DNA of 42,382 nt from Leptolyngbyaceae cyanobacterium (GTDB taxonomy: Bacteria > Cyanobacteriota > Cyanobacteriia > CAKZMO01). The stretch spans positions 1 through 42,382 of the forward strand of contig JBFRWC010000300.1 of assembly GCA_051439365.1 (NCBI GenBank), given 5' to 3'. Position numbers and translations under genes: made by a program. Shown piece by piece: positions 24,238 through 34,211 of this stretch (its first letter is position 1; each line of letters starts with the position of its first letter). Under the pieces are notes generated by a model. It was given only the letters and a program-made list of their open reading frames with translations, ran no database searches and was not told the origin of the DNA.

Positions 24238-25503
24238 TTATCTGAGAAATTGCCGACGCAATTGATCTAGTGCCGTGCAAGTACTGAGCCAGCGGACCCA
24301 GTCGCGGCCTCGATAGGCGGCAAACCGATAGGCTTGACTGTCTAGATATCCGTTAGGTCCAGCTAAGCCAATATAAACTAGGCCCACAGGTTTGGTTTCG
24401 GTGCCGCCGTCCGGTCCAGCGATGCCTGTAATACTGATCCCCCAAGTGGTTTTGAGGCGATCGCGCACCCCCAAGGCCATTTGTTGGGCCACAGGATGGC
24501 TGACCGCTCCCTGTTCTGCTAGGTCCATCGCACTCACCTTCAGGAGGGTTTCTTTGACCGCATTACTGTAGGCGATCACGCCGCCGCCAAAATAGCTGGA
24601 GCTGCCTGCCATCGAGGTGAAGGCATGGCCTAACCCGCCACCTGTACAAGATTCGGCCACCGCGATGGTGTGTTGATGTTGGCGCAAGAGTTGGCCCACT
24701 ACGGAACTGAGGGTGTCACTGTCGCTGCCAAAACAATCGTCCCCAATGCGTTGGCGGAGTTGCTGTTCCACGGGAGTGATCAAAGCAAGAGCCTCAGCTT
24801 CCGAGGGGGATTGGGCTGAAATTCGCAGTCGTACTTCGCCTTTACTGGCATAGGGCGCAACCGTGGGGTTCTTCAGGTCAAAAAATTCACTGACCCGCTC
24901 AGCTAGGCCGGATTCTGTCACACCCCAATGCCGGAGGGTACGGCTGTAGATGATCTGTTGCACCCAGCCATTTTCTTTAAGGTAGGGAACAGCAACTTGC
25001 TCCCACATGGCGTGCATTTCCCTGGGCACACCGGGAAAGGTGAGAATGGTGAGATTGGGGCGGGGTTGCCAGATGATTCCTGGGGCACTACCTAATGGAT
25101 TGGTCAAAATTTGGGATGACTCTGGGGCCAGGGCTTGTTTGCGGTTGCTGGGGGTCATGGGTCGTCCCCGGTGGGCAAATTTTTCGGTCAGGTCGGCCAG
25201 AATTTCCGGACGCTCGACGAGGCGATCGCCAAAAAAATCAGCCAGGGTTTCGGTGGTAAGGTCATCTGGAGTAGGGCCAAGACCTCCGGTAAAGATTAGG
25301 AGTTGGGCGCGATCGCTGGCAATGGCGATCGCCTCCTGTAGCCGTTGGGGGTTATCGCCCACTACAGTTTGGTAGTAATGGGGAATGCCCAGGGTGGCCA
25401 ATTGTTGGGCTAAATACTGAGCATTGCTGTTGAGGATATCACCCAACAGTAATTCGGTGCCCACACAAATCACTTCAGCGCTGTTGTTGATACTCTTGTC
25501 CAT
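24238..25503 (-). CDS. cinA: CinA-family competence/damage-inducible protein (MoCF-binding + PncC-like NMN amidohydrolase domains)
   Basis: 421 aa. N-terminus AEVICVGTELLLGDILNSNAQYLAQQLATLGI. C-terminal half has AVAESCTGGGLG. Confidence 0.9.
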   Translation of the reverse strand: MDKSINNSAEVICVGTELLLGDILNSNAQYLAQQLATLGIPHYYQTVVGDNPQRLQEAIAIASDRAQLLIFTGGLGPTPDDLTTETLADFFGDRLVERPEILADLTEKFAHRGRPMTPSNRKQALAPESSQILTNPLGSAPGIIWQPRPNLTILTFPGVPREMHAMWEQVAVPYLKENGWVQQIIYSRTLRHWGVTESGLAERVSEFFDLKNPTVAPYASKGEVRLRISAQSPSEAEALALITPVEQQLRQRIGDDCFGSDSDTLSSVVGQLLRQHQHTIAVAESCTGGGLGHAFTSMAGSSSYFGGGVIAYSNAVKETLLKVSAMDLAEQGAVSHPVAQQMALGVRDRLKTTWGISITGIAGPDGGTETKPVGLVYIGLAGPNGYLDSQAYRFAAYRGRDWVRWLSTCTALDQLRRQFLR

Positions 25504-25595
25504 GTGGGTGTTACCGTTCCATCCTACGCTTCGTCAACTAGCCCGACAGAGGGCAGCGATCGGCACTGCTGCTCCAGGGAATTTCTCAGGTCCAG

Positions 25596-26675
25596 CTACT
25601 GTCGGGCGACGCACCGGACCCGCCAACAACCATAACAGAGAAGGGCCGTGGCTGCACTGGCATAAATGATGCCGCTGGGAACGCGGGCGATCGCCAAGGC
25701 CAGACTACCGACCCAGGTCGTCAGCGCATAGATAAACAAAACGGTGGACCGATGGGAGAGACCTGCCTGTAACAGGCGATGGTGCAAATGGCGCTTATCC
25801 GCGATGAAAGGGGATTTGCCACTGCGGAGGCGATCGATAATCACTGCCGACATGTCGAAAATGGGCACTGCCAGAATCAGCACAGGCAGCAACACCGCCA
25901 CTGTTGTCACTCCTTTGAGGACACCAATCACCCCCACTCCCGCCAAAGTAAATCCCAGATAGTAAGCACCGCCATCTCCCATAAAGATTTGGGCCGGATT
26001 GAAGTTATAGCGTAGAAAGCCCAGACATCCCCCGGCCAATGCCGCTACAATCAGGGCCGCGTCCGGTTGCTTGACGAAAAGACTGACAATTAACATGACA
26101 ACCGCCGCAATGCCACATACCCCTGCGGCCAAGCCATCGAGGCCATCAATCCAGTTAATCGCATTGGCCATCCCCACCAGCCAGATTATGGTCACCAAGC
26201 AACTGACCGCAGTGGGTAAGGGGACCATGCCCTCAAAGGGCACATTGATAAACGTGATTTGGACTCCCACATACCAAGCTCCTCCCGCGACGACAAATTG
26301 CAGCGCTAATCGGGTGATTGGAGACAAATCAAAGAAATCATCCGCCAAGCCAATGAGGAAGAAGAATAACCCACCAATGGTCACCCCCCAAATTTCATAT
26401 TCTTGTTCTGGAGGAAGAATACTAAAGCCCCCGCTCCACCAAATTGTCAACAATGCCACCAACACGCCCAGAAAAATAGAGATCCCGCCCAAACGCACCA
26501 TGGGACGCTCGTGCATCTTGCGGTCATTGGGTAGATCCACTTGGCCTTGCTGCAACCCGAGCACTCGCACAATTGGGGTGCTGATGAGGACAACCGAAGC
26601 AGACATCAAGAATGCGGCTAGATGATAAAGCTGATCGTAATTGTTGGTGGTGGTGGCAATGGTATTCAGAGTCAC
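25596..26675 (-). CDS. Glycosyltransferase family 4 polyprenyl-phosphate sugar-1-phosphate transferase (WecA/MraY superfamily)
   Basis: 359 aa with about 10-11 TM segments. Motifs: DRKMHERPMVRLGG, GLADD, NAINWIDGLDGLA. GTG start. Confidence 0.85.
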   Translation of the reverse strand: MTLNTIATTTNNYDQLYHLAAFLMSASVVLISTPIVRVLGLQQGQVDLPNDRKMHERPMVRLGGISIFLGVLVALLTIWWSGGFSILPPEQEYEIWGVTIGGLFFFLIGLADDFFDLSPITRLALQFVVAGGAWYVGVQITFINVPFEGMVPLPTAVSCLVTIIWLVGMANAINWIDGLDGLAAGVCGIAAVVMLIVSLFVKQPDAALIVAALAGGCLGFLRYNFNPAQIFMGDGGAYYLGFTLAGVGVIGVLKGVTTVAVLLPVLILAVPIFDMSAVIIDRLRSGKSPFIADKRHLHHRLLQAGLSHRSTVLFIYALTTWVGSLALAIARVPSGIIYASAATALLCYGCWRVRCVARQ

Positions 26676-26900
26676 AACAAATCCGTGTTTAGTGTAGCTG
26701 AACTGTAGATGCTTTCCGAAAACTCATCAACAGAAGACTGAGGCTGTGGAAAAGACCACTGCAATGCTACTCCAAGTTGTCCCCCATTGATCAATTTGCA
26801 TCATTGGGGAGGACAAGGATTGCTTATTTATATGTGCAATAAAGTTGAATCTGAACAGGATAGGGGATACATTACTTGTTGATTGTAGGGACTGACGTTA

Positions 26901-26937
26901 CCAAAATACGGGGTGAATTTTCCACGGAACTCACCCC
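26901..26937 (-). terminator. Candidate intrinsic terminator downstream of glyA
   Basis: The minus strand reads GGGGTGA-(14 nt)-TCACCCC followed by GTATTTTGG, about 40 nt after the glyA stop. Confidence 0.4.
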
Positions 26938-26978
26938 AGTTAAGTTGATTTCTGGTAAAGATAATCTAACCTGCTAGC

Positions 26979-28244
26979 CTATTGACCTAGGTGGGGATAG
27001 AGAGGAAATTGACGGCAGAGGGCGCTGACCCGTTCTTGGCAGGTAGTGGCGATCGCCTCATCCTCTGGGTTCAACAAGCGATCGGCGATAATATCGGCAA
27101 TCTCCCTAAATTCCGCAACACCCATGCCCCGCGTCGTCATGGCGGGAGACCCTAGGCGTAACCCACTGGTGACAAAGGGAGACTCAGGGTCAAACGGCAC
27201 GGTATTTTTGTTGGCCGTAATCTTCACGCCGCTGACCAATTTATCGGCCTCTTTCCCGGTCATACCAATGGAGCGCAGGTCCAGCAACACCACATGATTA
27301 TCGGTGCCACCGGAAACAATTTTGATTCCCCGTTCCTGAAGCTGAGCCGCCATTGCCTGGGCATTGGCAATCACTTGGCCGGAATATGCCTTAAATGCAG
27401 GCTGAAGTGCTTCCCCAAAGGCCACGGCTTTAGCCGCAATGACGTGTTCTAAGGGACCACCTTGGGTACCAGGAAAGACGGCCTTGTCGAATTTCTTGCC
27501 CAGTTCTGGATCGCGGGTCATAATCAAACCGCCCCGTGGGCCGCGCAGGGTTTTGTGGGTCGTGGTGGTGACGACATCACAATGGGGCAAAGGATTGGGA
27601 TGATGTCCCGTGGCCACTAACCCCGCAATGTGGGCAATGTCTGCCATCAGTAAGGCTCCCACTTCGTCGGCGATCGCTCTCAGCTTGTCAAACTGGATGG
27701 TGCGGGGATAAGCGGAATAACCACAGATTAATAACTTGGGTTCATAGGCCAATGCCAGTTCACGCACTTGGTCATAATCGAGCTGCTCAGTCTCTTTACT
27801 CACCCCGTAGTGCTTCACCTCAAACCATTTACCAGAGACATTCACCGGAGACCCGTGAGTTAAGTGTCCTCCGTGGGATAGATCCATGCCCATGATTTTG
27901 TCGCCGGGACGGAGGAGCGCTAAAAAGACCGCAAAATTGGCCTGAGCACCAGAGTGGGGCTGGACATTGGCATGGGCCGCACCAAATAATTCCTTGGCCC
28001 GATCGATGGCCAACTGTTCTACCTCATCGATAAATTCACACCCACCGTAGTAGCGTTTACCCGGTAGACCTTCGGCGTACTTGTTGGTCAAAACCGATCC
28101 TTGAGCGGCCATGACGGCTGGAGAGGCAAAGTTCTCACTGGCGATTAGTTCCAAATGTTCTTGTTGACGCTGCAACTCGCGCTGGAGGATTTGAGCGACT
28201 GTAGCATCAGTGTGAGCCAGATAATCAGCGCTGGTTTGGGTCAT
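26979..28244 (-). CDS. glyA: Serine hydroxymethyltransferase
   Basis: 421 aa. Motifs: [37 protein letters not shown]. Confidence 0.97.
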   Translation of the reverse strand: MTQTSADYLAHTDATVAQILQRELQRQQEHLELIASENFASPAVMAAQGSVLTNKYAEGLPGKRYYGGCEFIDEVEQLAIDRAKELFGAAHANVQPHSGAQANFAVFLALLRPGDKIMGMDLSHGGHLTHGSPVNVSGKWFEVKHYGVSKETEQLDYDQVRELALAYEPKLLICGYSAYPRTIQFDKLRAIADEVGALLMADIAHIAGLVATGHHPNPLPHCDVVTTTTHKTLRGPRGGLIMTRDPELGKKFDKAVFPGTQGGPLEHVIAAKAVAFGEALQPAFKAYSGQVIANAQAMAAQLQERGIKIVSGGTDNHVVLLDLRSIGMTGKEADKLVSGVKITANKNTVPFDPESPFVTSGLRLGSPAMTTRGMGVAEFREIADIIADRLLNPEDEAIATTCQERVSALCRQFPLYPHLGQ

Positions 28245-28473
28245 GACGACGCTCCTTTTGAGTATTCCAAATCAAGTCTTTCAAGTTCTGTGTCTTCGTT
28301 CTGTGGCCTAAGCCAGACCAGACACACACACCAGCTTCATATCCTAACGTGTCTTTGACAGGCAAACAGCAGTTTTCAACGGCAAAATGGTTAACTTTAC
28401 TTGTGAAGGGAGGACAGTGCCTTTAACCATCCCCTAAAATAGAATCATTAAAAAATTCTTGGAGGTGCTTATT

Positions 28474-28680
28474 ATGCTGGTCATCCTCATGAAGGAGCAG
28501 GTCATTTCGCCGCAGATGGTTTGCCCAGGGTGTTTGATGGCAACGCAACAGGGACAACCTCGGTGGCGGGGAGGGAAGCTGCTCTGTGGTCGCTCATCCA
28601 ATAATCTGGCAGAGGGTGGGAGCGATTGCCCCGCTCAGTACGAATGCCAAATGGGCTTTAGGGTGGCCGACATCCACTAA
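28474..28680 (+). CDS. Small Cys-rich protein, function unknown
   Basis: GGAGG lies 8 nt upstream of ATG 28474. The 68-aa product carries CPGC...C...C...C spacing. No recognised family. Confidence 0.4.
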   Translation: MLVILMKEQVISPQMVCPGCLMATQQGQPRWRGGKLLCGRSSNNLAEGGSDCPAQYECQMGFRVADIH

Positions 28681-28805
28681 CCAGCGTTTCTTCATGTCCC
28701 TCCTTACATGTCTCTTAATCTCTGAGAGTTGGGGTTGTATCCCGCGCCTCCTGTAAAGAAGTTGATACAATCAAGGGCGTTACCGTTGCGAGGGAGACAA
28801 TTTGC

Positions 28806-29369
28806 ATGGTATGGCGTAGCCACACGACGACGCAAGATCGTTTTTTCGCCTGTCTGGTTTATCTTTTACCGTTGATTAGAGCTTATACACTACTGTATTG
28901 GGGGGTTAACCTTGGTGGTTCTGTGTTTGCAAGGTCGATCATTTCTTTTTGGGCACAGTATCTTCCCTTCCTTGACTTAGTTCTCTTCCCCATTGATCTT
29001 GTCGCAGGTTTTTACTTGTCTATTACTAGGGTGATTGCGCCCTTCGGTCTGGGTGACTTTCTCGTATTCATTGTCTTAATTGTGGCGGTTGTCCGTAACG
29101 AAAGCATTCGCCATTTTGTTCGTTTTAATACAATGCAAGCCATTTTGGTTGGGATTGCGTTGAGTTTGTTTGCCATCGTGTGGCAGGGGTTGGTTCTCCC
29201 GATCACACAACCGTTGAGATTTGACTTATCTCCTCTAACTTTGCTTGTGGGTAGTGGGTTATTCTTGGGAACCGCAGCGATTTGCGTCTACTCCATGATT
29301 CAGTCGGCAACGGGCAAATATGCGGAAATTCCTACCATTTCGGATATTGTCTATGGTCAAGTGCCCTAG
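28806..29369 (+). CDS. Tic20-like membrane protein
   Basis: 187 aa with 4 hydrophobic helices. The N-terminal DRFFACLVYLLPL resembles the DR..A.L.YLLPL signature of Tic20-family proteins. The call is by motif only. Confidence 0.55.
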   Translation: MVWRSHTTTQDRFFACLVYLLPLIRAYTLLYWGVNLGGSVFARSIISFWAQYLPFLDLVLFPIDLVAGFYLSITRVIAPFGLGDFLVFIVLIVAVVRNESIRHFVRFNTMQAILVGIALSLFAIVWQGLVLPITQPLRFDLSPLTLLVGSGLFLGTAAICVYSMIQSATGKYAEIPTISDIVYGQVP

Positions 29370-30229
29370 GCTTGATTGGTTTTAGTTTGGGTGGCTTCAG
29401 TCTCGATTTCGTCCTTTAATCCCGCGTTATCAAGGGTCTGCTGGAAGACGGGGCGGGGACGAGACGCGATCGTATTTTCCAGGGTGCCGATGCCCTCAAT
29501 GGTGACTTGAATGCGATCGCCCACTTGTACCGGACCCACCCCTTCTGGTGTTCCGGTCAGTACCACATCCCCCGGCAACAGCGTCATCACCTGGCTGATA
29601 TAGGACACGAGAACGTCAGGGGCAAACACCATGTCATCAATTGAGGCGGATTGGACTGGGGTGGGATCATTGTTCACAAAGGTTTCGAGTCGTGCCCCAG
29701 CGGGTAACTCTCGGACTATCCACGGTCCCAGGGGACAAAAAGTATCAAACCCTTTGGCACGGGTCCACTGGTGGTCGCTGCGCTGCAAATCTCTGGCGGT
29801 GACATCATTGGCAATAGTGTATCCCCAGATTTTGCCGAGAGCTTCATCGGGGGAACAGTCCGTACAGCGATCGCCAATCACCACCGCTAGCTCACCCTCA
29901 TAATCGACCCGCTGGGACTGGGGCGGATAGAGTACCGGGGATTGAGTCGCCGTTAGCGTGGTGGAGGGCTTGATAAACAGTAGGGGTTCTGCCGGCACCT
30001 GAGAATTCATCTCGGCAGCATGTTTGCGGTAGTTTTTCCCCACCGCGATAATTTTGGATGGTGCACAGGGAATCATCAGTTGATAATCCGTCTGAGATAA
30101 TACCCGATCCGTGGGTTGTCCCTTCAGCCAAGGTGGTGCGTCCAAGAGCCGCACACAGCGATCCACCTCTAACAGCCCGTAATGGACCTGCCCTGTTTGA
30201 GTTTGAATTCGGACATAACGTTGTGCCAT
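29366..30229 (-). CDS. Fumarylacetoacetate hydrolase (FAH) family protein
   Basis: Motifs: VGKNYRKHAAEM, YEGELAVVIG, ANDVTARDLQ, LLPGDVVLTGTPEGVG. The likely start is ATG 30229 (MAQRYVRIQ...), not the ORF-track start at 30322. Confidence 0.85.
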   Translation of the reverse strand: MAQRYVRIQTQTGQVHYGLLEVDRCVRLLDAPPWLKGQPTDRVLSQTDYQLMIPCAPSKIIAVGKNYRKHAAEMNSQVPAEPLLFIKPSTTLTATQSPVLYPPQSQRVDYEGELAVVIGDRCTDCSPDEALGKIWGYTIANDVTARDLQRSDHQWTRAKGFDTFCPLGPWIVRELPAGARLETFVNNDPTPVQSASIDDMVFAPDVLVSYISQVMTLLPGDVVLTGTPEGVGPVQVGDRIQVTIEGIGTLENTIASRPRPVFQQTLDNAGLKDEIETEATQTKTNQA

Positions 30230-30511
30230 AATTCCTGACTCCATGAGTGTTGACGAATAAAGTGGTGATCGATAAAGTCTTAACGGATCAATAGCGATCG
30301 CGACTCCAGTGAGAGGTCGCACCTGAATTAGAGTAGGCGAGAAGTGTCTAGCAAATCAATCCTTTGATGCTGTACAATAAAGAATCCTTGCCAAGCTTTT
30401 CAGTAGAAAAATTTTCTCGAAGAATTTTCGAGAGATACTTTCCAGCATCCTGATGGATGCGGTGTCTCACTGGATAGCAGGCCATTTGTCCATAAGGAGA
30501 TTCATTCTTCC

Positions 30512-30862
30512 ATGCAATCCTACGAAACCATGTACATCCTTCGCCCAGATATGAGCGAAGATCAGACTGACCAGTCAATCACGAAGTATCAAACCCTCCT
30601 GATTGACAATGGTGCCACCGAAATTGAAACCCAGCATCGGGGTAAACGCCGTCTGGCCTACGAAATTGATCGCTTTCGAGAAGGAGTCTACATCCAGATG
30701 AATTATCTGGCTCCCGGAGAGGCAATTAAGGCAATGGAACGCACCATGCGCTTAGCAGAGGATGTCATTCGTTACCTCACTATCAAGCAGGATTTACCCT
30801 CCCAAGAGGAACTAGATGCTGAGGCTGCTGCTGAGAATCTAGTCAGCGAGCGGCCTAACTAG
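30512..30862 (+). CDS. rpsF: 30S ribosomal protein S6
   Basis: [18 protein letters not shown]...[11 protein letters not shown], with AAGGAGA upstream. The C-terminal tail is acidic. Confidence 0.95.
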   Translation: MQSYETMYILRPDMSEDQTDQSITKYQTLLIDNGATEIETQHRGKRRLAYEIDRFREGVYIQMNYLAPGEAIKAMERTMRLAEDVIRYLTIKQDLPSQEELDAEAAAENLVSERPN

Positions 30863-30870
30863 GAGACAGT

Positions 30871-32700
30871 TTAGTTTAGGGAAAATTCATCGAATTTGAC
30901 CACGGGCTGATCAGGGGTGCGCAGGTCAAAGCGATAGCTACTGACGATGCCTGTTTCTGTATTGAAGATCGTGAAGACGGTGATGTCATTGCTGGCGATG
31001 TAGGGCTGAGGCTCACCTGTGTCATCCAATAGGGGGGCAAGGGTAGGCATGACGGGGGTTAGACCGTTGGGGTCGCCCCAGGGATGATAGTCCTCTTGGT
31101 AGCCAATGGGAATGGGGCGGCGATCGCCCTCTTCTTGGCCATCCTTTACCTTTCGTAAAAAAGCGCCGTAGGAATTGCCCACATTTGACGATTCCAGGAA
31201 GTGGGTGCCCTGCTCATTGGTAAATCGGTTCCACAAATGGGAATGACCGAAAAAGACCAGATCAACTCCGGCTGATTCCAGCAGTGGCACCACATCCCGA
31301 ATCAAATAATCGGTTTCCTTGGGGTACTCGTACCGCACCGCCTTGATGCTGCCGTCTGCAAACCGATCAATGGTTTGCACCGGATCGGTGTAGGCGGGGA
31401 CGATGTTATCTCCCAGGGTGTGGGGAGGATGGTGAAACATGGCGATTTTGTACTTGGCCTCGGTATAGGCGGGGGATTGGAGTTCCTGCTGGAGCCAGCG
31501 GTACTGGTCGCTTCCTGGGCCAATCGGTTCAAAAATATGCTGGCCATATCCCCACTGGGCCGGGTGGGCCAGGTCCGCATCGGCTTCTCGATATCGTCCT
31601 CTAGTATTGGCTCCTAGGCTGGGCGATCGCCAGATATTCGTCGCGTAGAGAACGACGAGGCGCACATCACCCACGGTCACAGCATAGTATTTCGAATGTC
31701 CTTGGGGATTTTGGGGCAATGAAAAAATTTCATCGTAGGTGATGGTGTTAAAGGATTGGTTGGTAATCCAGGCAGTTCCGTCATCATCCACGGTTGGGGG
31801 GAGGGTGCCTGCTGCGAGACTTTCCTGGTAGCGTTGGGTCGCGATCGCCACGGGCACCGGATCATTAAATTGGTGGTTCAACCCTTGCTCCATTGACCAA
31901 CGCCCCATTACCTCATGGTTGCCAAGGGCGGGAAATAGGGGGGCAGACTGGATCAACGCGCCGCCTTGGTAGGGAGTTACCATGCCATTTTTCTCCACGA
32001 TTGCTGTGGATCGGCCTTGCAGGGCTGGGAAGAAAGCGCGACCGCGATTGTCATCAAACCATTCCGAGGCCCGATCGGGGATATTGACTAAATCTCCCGC
32101 CAGGAATACCGCATCAATGGTGTCCACGGTTTGCTCCACCAGTTGCAAATTCACCGGGGTTAAGGGCATGAGCTGGTGGTCTGAAGTCAAGAGGATATTG
32201 AGGGGAGTCCCGCTGGGGGGCAAGGCGCTGAGGGTGAACGTGTCGCTGGTGTGCGATCGCCCCTGATCATCCACACTCACCACCCGATAGGGGAGGCGCT
32301 GATTGGGCACTAAATTGGGGACCGTGATTTCATGCCGCCATACCGCTCGGTAGATTGGCTGGGTATACACCGTGCCATCTCCCGCTTGATCGCCCACATA
32401 GGATTTGGCATCTTCACGGGTACGACTCAGTTGAATCGTGGTGGCGGGGAGGGACCGCTCCAGATTGTCCCCATATTCGATCGTGTGTTGTGACCCCGCA
32501 AATTCGGTAAACCACACTACTTTGACCGACGAGGCCGTGGGTAACTGTAGAAATGGATCCGTCAAAAGATGGGAGGGTGAGCGCATGGTTTGGAAAAAGG
32601 AGTAAATGAAATGGGTCCCAGCAATCAGAACAGTCAGCCCGATCATACTGGCCAATAATACAACGCCATTGGAAGGGGAATAATCGCGATCAACGTTCAC
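30871..32700 (-). CDS. Membrane-anchored calcineurin-like metallophosphoesterase (purple-acid-phosphatase-like)
   Basis: 609 aa. N-terminal TM helix. Metal-ligand motifs: TSDHQ, GDLVN, GNHE, FHHPPH, GHSHLW. GTG start with AGGAG 6 nt upstream. Confidence 0.85.
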   Translation of the reverse strand: MNVDRDYSPSNGVVLLASMIGLTVLIAGTHFIYSFFQTMRSPSHLLTDPFLQLPTASSVKVVWFTEFAGSQHTIEYGDNLERSLPATTIQLSRTREDAKSYVGDQAGDGTVYTQPIYRAVWRHEITVPNLVPNQRLPYRVVSVDDQGRSHTSDTFTLSALPPSGTPLNILLTSDHQLMPLTPVNLQLVEQTVDTIDAVFLAGDLVNIPDRASEWFDDNRGRAFFPALQGRSTAIVEKNGMVTPYQGGALIQSAPLFPALGNHEVMGRWSMEQGLNHQFNDPVPVAIATQRYQESLAAGTLPPTVDDDGTAWITNQSFNTITYDEIFSLPQNPQGHSKYYAVTVGDVRLVVLYATNIWRSPSLGANTRGRYREADADLAHPAQWGYGQHIFEPIGPGSDQYRWLQQELQSPAYTEAKYKIAMFHHPPHTLGDNIVPAYTDPVQTIDRFADGSIKAVRYEYPKETDYLIRDVVPLLESAGVDLVFFGHSHLWNRFTNEQGTHFLESSNVGNSYGAFLRKVKDGQEEGDRRPIPIGYQEDYHPWGDPNGLTPVMPTLAPLLDDTGEPQPYIASNDITVFTIFNTETGIVSSYRFDLRTPDQPVVKFDEFSLN

Positions 32701-33114
32701 GGGATACTCCTGTGTTTGTTGGTGTCTCTTGTCTCTATGGATGCCTACCTAAAGCCCAATGTCACTGAAATAAGCTGACTTCAGAACCCCCAGATTCTCA
32801 AAGAAGCTGGAGTTCTGGGCTACAACCTCGCCCTCAAGCCAATGACTAGGATGCATGATAACGCACCGTTTCCAGTTATCTATGTAGCCTGGGTACCCTG
32901 TATTCCAAAAATCCCAAAAAGAGTGTGGATAGACCGTTCTCACATAGGTGCATGGCACCGTTTTGTGGTGCTCTCGCTCCAAGCCCTAGCCCAAAGATGC
33001 AAGCTTGAACAGTTGCCTAGTGGCCAAGACTCTGCATCTGGCAAGGACGAGTGGTCAATAGGGCAACATAAACCACTCCTACATTACAGCTAGATTTAAC
33101 TTTATGGAGGGTTA

Positions 33115-34035
33115 CTAAAAAACTTGGGGAATATATAGCTCCCCTGGTAACTCACCCCGCTCATAATCTGTGTTGAATACTCGCTTAGGAAGCTGAACCG
33201 TTTCACGAGCCACTTCTTTGTAGGGAATCTGGTCAAGCAAGTGCTGAATACAGTTGAGCCGCGCTCGTTTCTTGTCGTTGGCAGGCACAATCCACCAGGG
33301 AGCTTCTGGAATATTGGTCCGGGCCAACATCACCTCTTTCGCTTTGGTGTAGTCTTCCCAACGAATCCGCGATTGCAAGTCCATCGGACTCAATTTCCAC
33401 TGTTTGAGCGGATCATGAATTCGCATAAAGAACCGCAGTTGCTGTTCATCGTCCGTAATGGAAAACCAATACTTAATCAAAGTGATGCCGGAGCGAACCA
33501 GCATCCGTTCAAACTCAGGTACATCCCGAAAAAAGGATTCCACCTGCTCATCGCTAGCAAAGCCCATCACCTTCTCCACTCCGGCTCGGTTATACCAAGA
33601 GCGATCGAACAAAACCATTTCACCGCCTGCCGGAAGATGAGGAACGTAACGCTGAAAGTACCATTGGGTTTGCTCTCGGTCGGTGGGCTTAGGCAGGGCA
33701 ACGACTCGGCATACGCGGGGGTCCAAACGCTGGGCAATCCGTTTAATCACCCCGCCTTTTCCAGCAGAATCTCGCCCCTCGAAGATAACTACAATTTTTG
33801 CCTGTGTCTCTTGCACCCAGTCATGAAGTTTAATCAGTTCAGCTTGCAGCTTAAGCAAACTTAAAAAGTACTCTTTGCGAGGTAAGGTATTTTGGTGCTT
33901 AGCCTGGTAGATTTTCTTGATTTCTAGTGAGAGGAGGGCATCCTCCAGATCAATTTCAAAATCTTCGTCCAGGGTATCTTCAATTTCAGCTTCTAGCCAG
34001 TCCTTTGGCCCTTGGCCGTCATCAAATGGTGTCAC
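33115..34035 (-). CDS. ppk2: Polyphosphate kinase 2 (single PPK2 domain)
   Basis: 306 aa. Walker A-like FEGRDSAGKGG, then DRSWYNRAGVE. GTG start with AGGAG 7 nt upstream. Confidence 0.9.
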   Translation of the reverse strand: MTPFDDGQGPKDWLEAEIEDTLDEDFEIDLEDALLSLEIKKIYQAKHQNTLPRKEYFLSLLKLQAELIKLHDWVQETQAKIVVIFEGRDSAGKGGVIKRIAQRLDPRVCRVVALPKPTDREQTQWYFQRYVPHLPAGGEMVLFDRSWYNRAGVEKVMGFASDEQVESFFRDVPEFERMLVRSGITLIKYWFSITDDEQQLRFFMRIHDPLKQWKLSPMDLQSRIRWEDYTKAKEVMLARTNIPEAPWWIVPANDKKRARLNCIQHLLDQIPYKEVARETVQLPKRVFNTDYERGELPGELYIPQVF

Positions 34036-34141
34036 GGTATTGCTCCTGCTCGTTGGCCTGATCCATCAAAGGCAGATTGTAATGCCTTGTATTTAATCCA
34101 ATGTTAAGAGCTTCTGGGCATGACGCCAAAGGGGTTAGACT

Positions 34142-34211
34142 AAAGGAACTGGTCCCAAAGAACCGGACCCAGGGGACTGGGCCAAAGGAACTGGGCCAAA
34201 GGAACTGGGCT
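34142..34211. repeat. 14-bp tandem repeat, 5 units of increasing degeneracy
   Basis: AAAGGAACTGGGCC-type units start at 34142, 34156, 34170, 34184 and 34198. By-eye mismatches to that unit are 1, 4, 3, 0 and 1. The last unit ends at 34211, directly abutting the TAA (34214..34212) of the oxidoreductase gene. Confidence 0.85.

Noticed and set aside
29366-29369. Convergent Tic20-like and FAH genes share overlapping stop codons in the palindrome CTAG.
   Set aside because: The observation is real but trivial. It only implies overlapping 3' ends and is not a distinct feature.
32749-33093. Overlapping ORFs 32749..32982 (-) and 32842..33093 (+) in the 414-bp gap between the metallophosphoesterase and PPK2 genes.
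   Set aside because: They have TTG or weak starts and no RBS, and they mutually overlap. The Trp/His-rich minus-strand peptide (SFWDFWNTGYPGYIDNW) might be a gene remnant, but I cannot tie it to any family.
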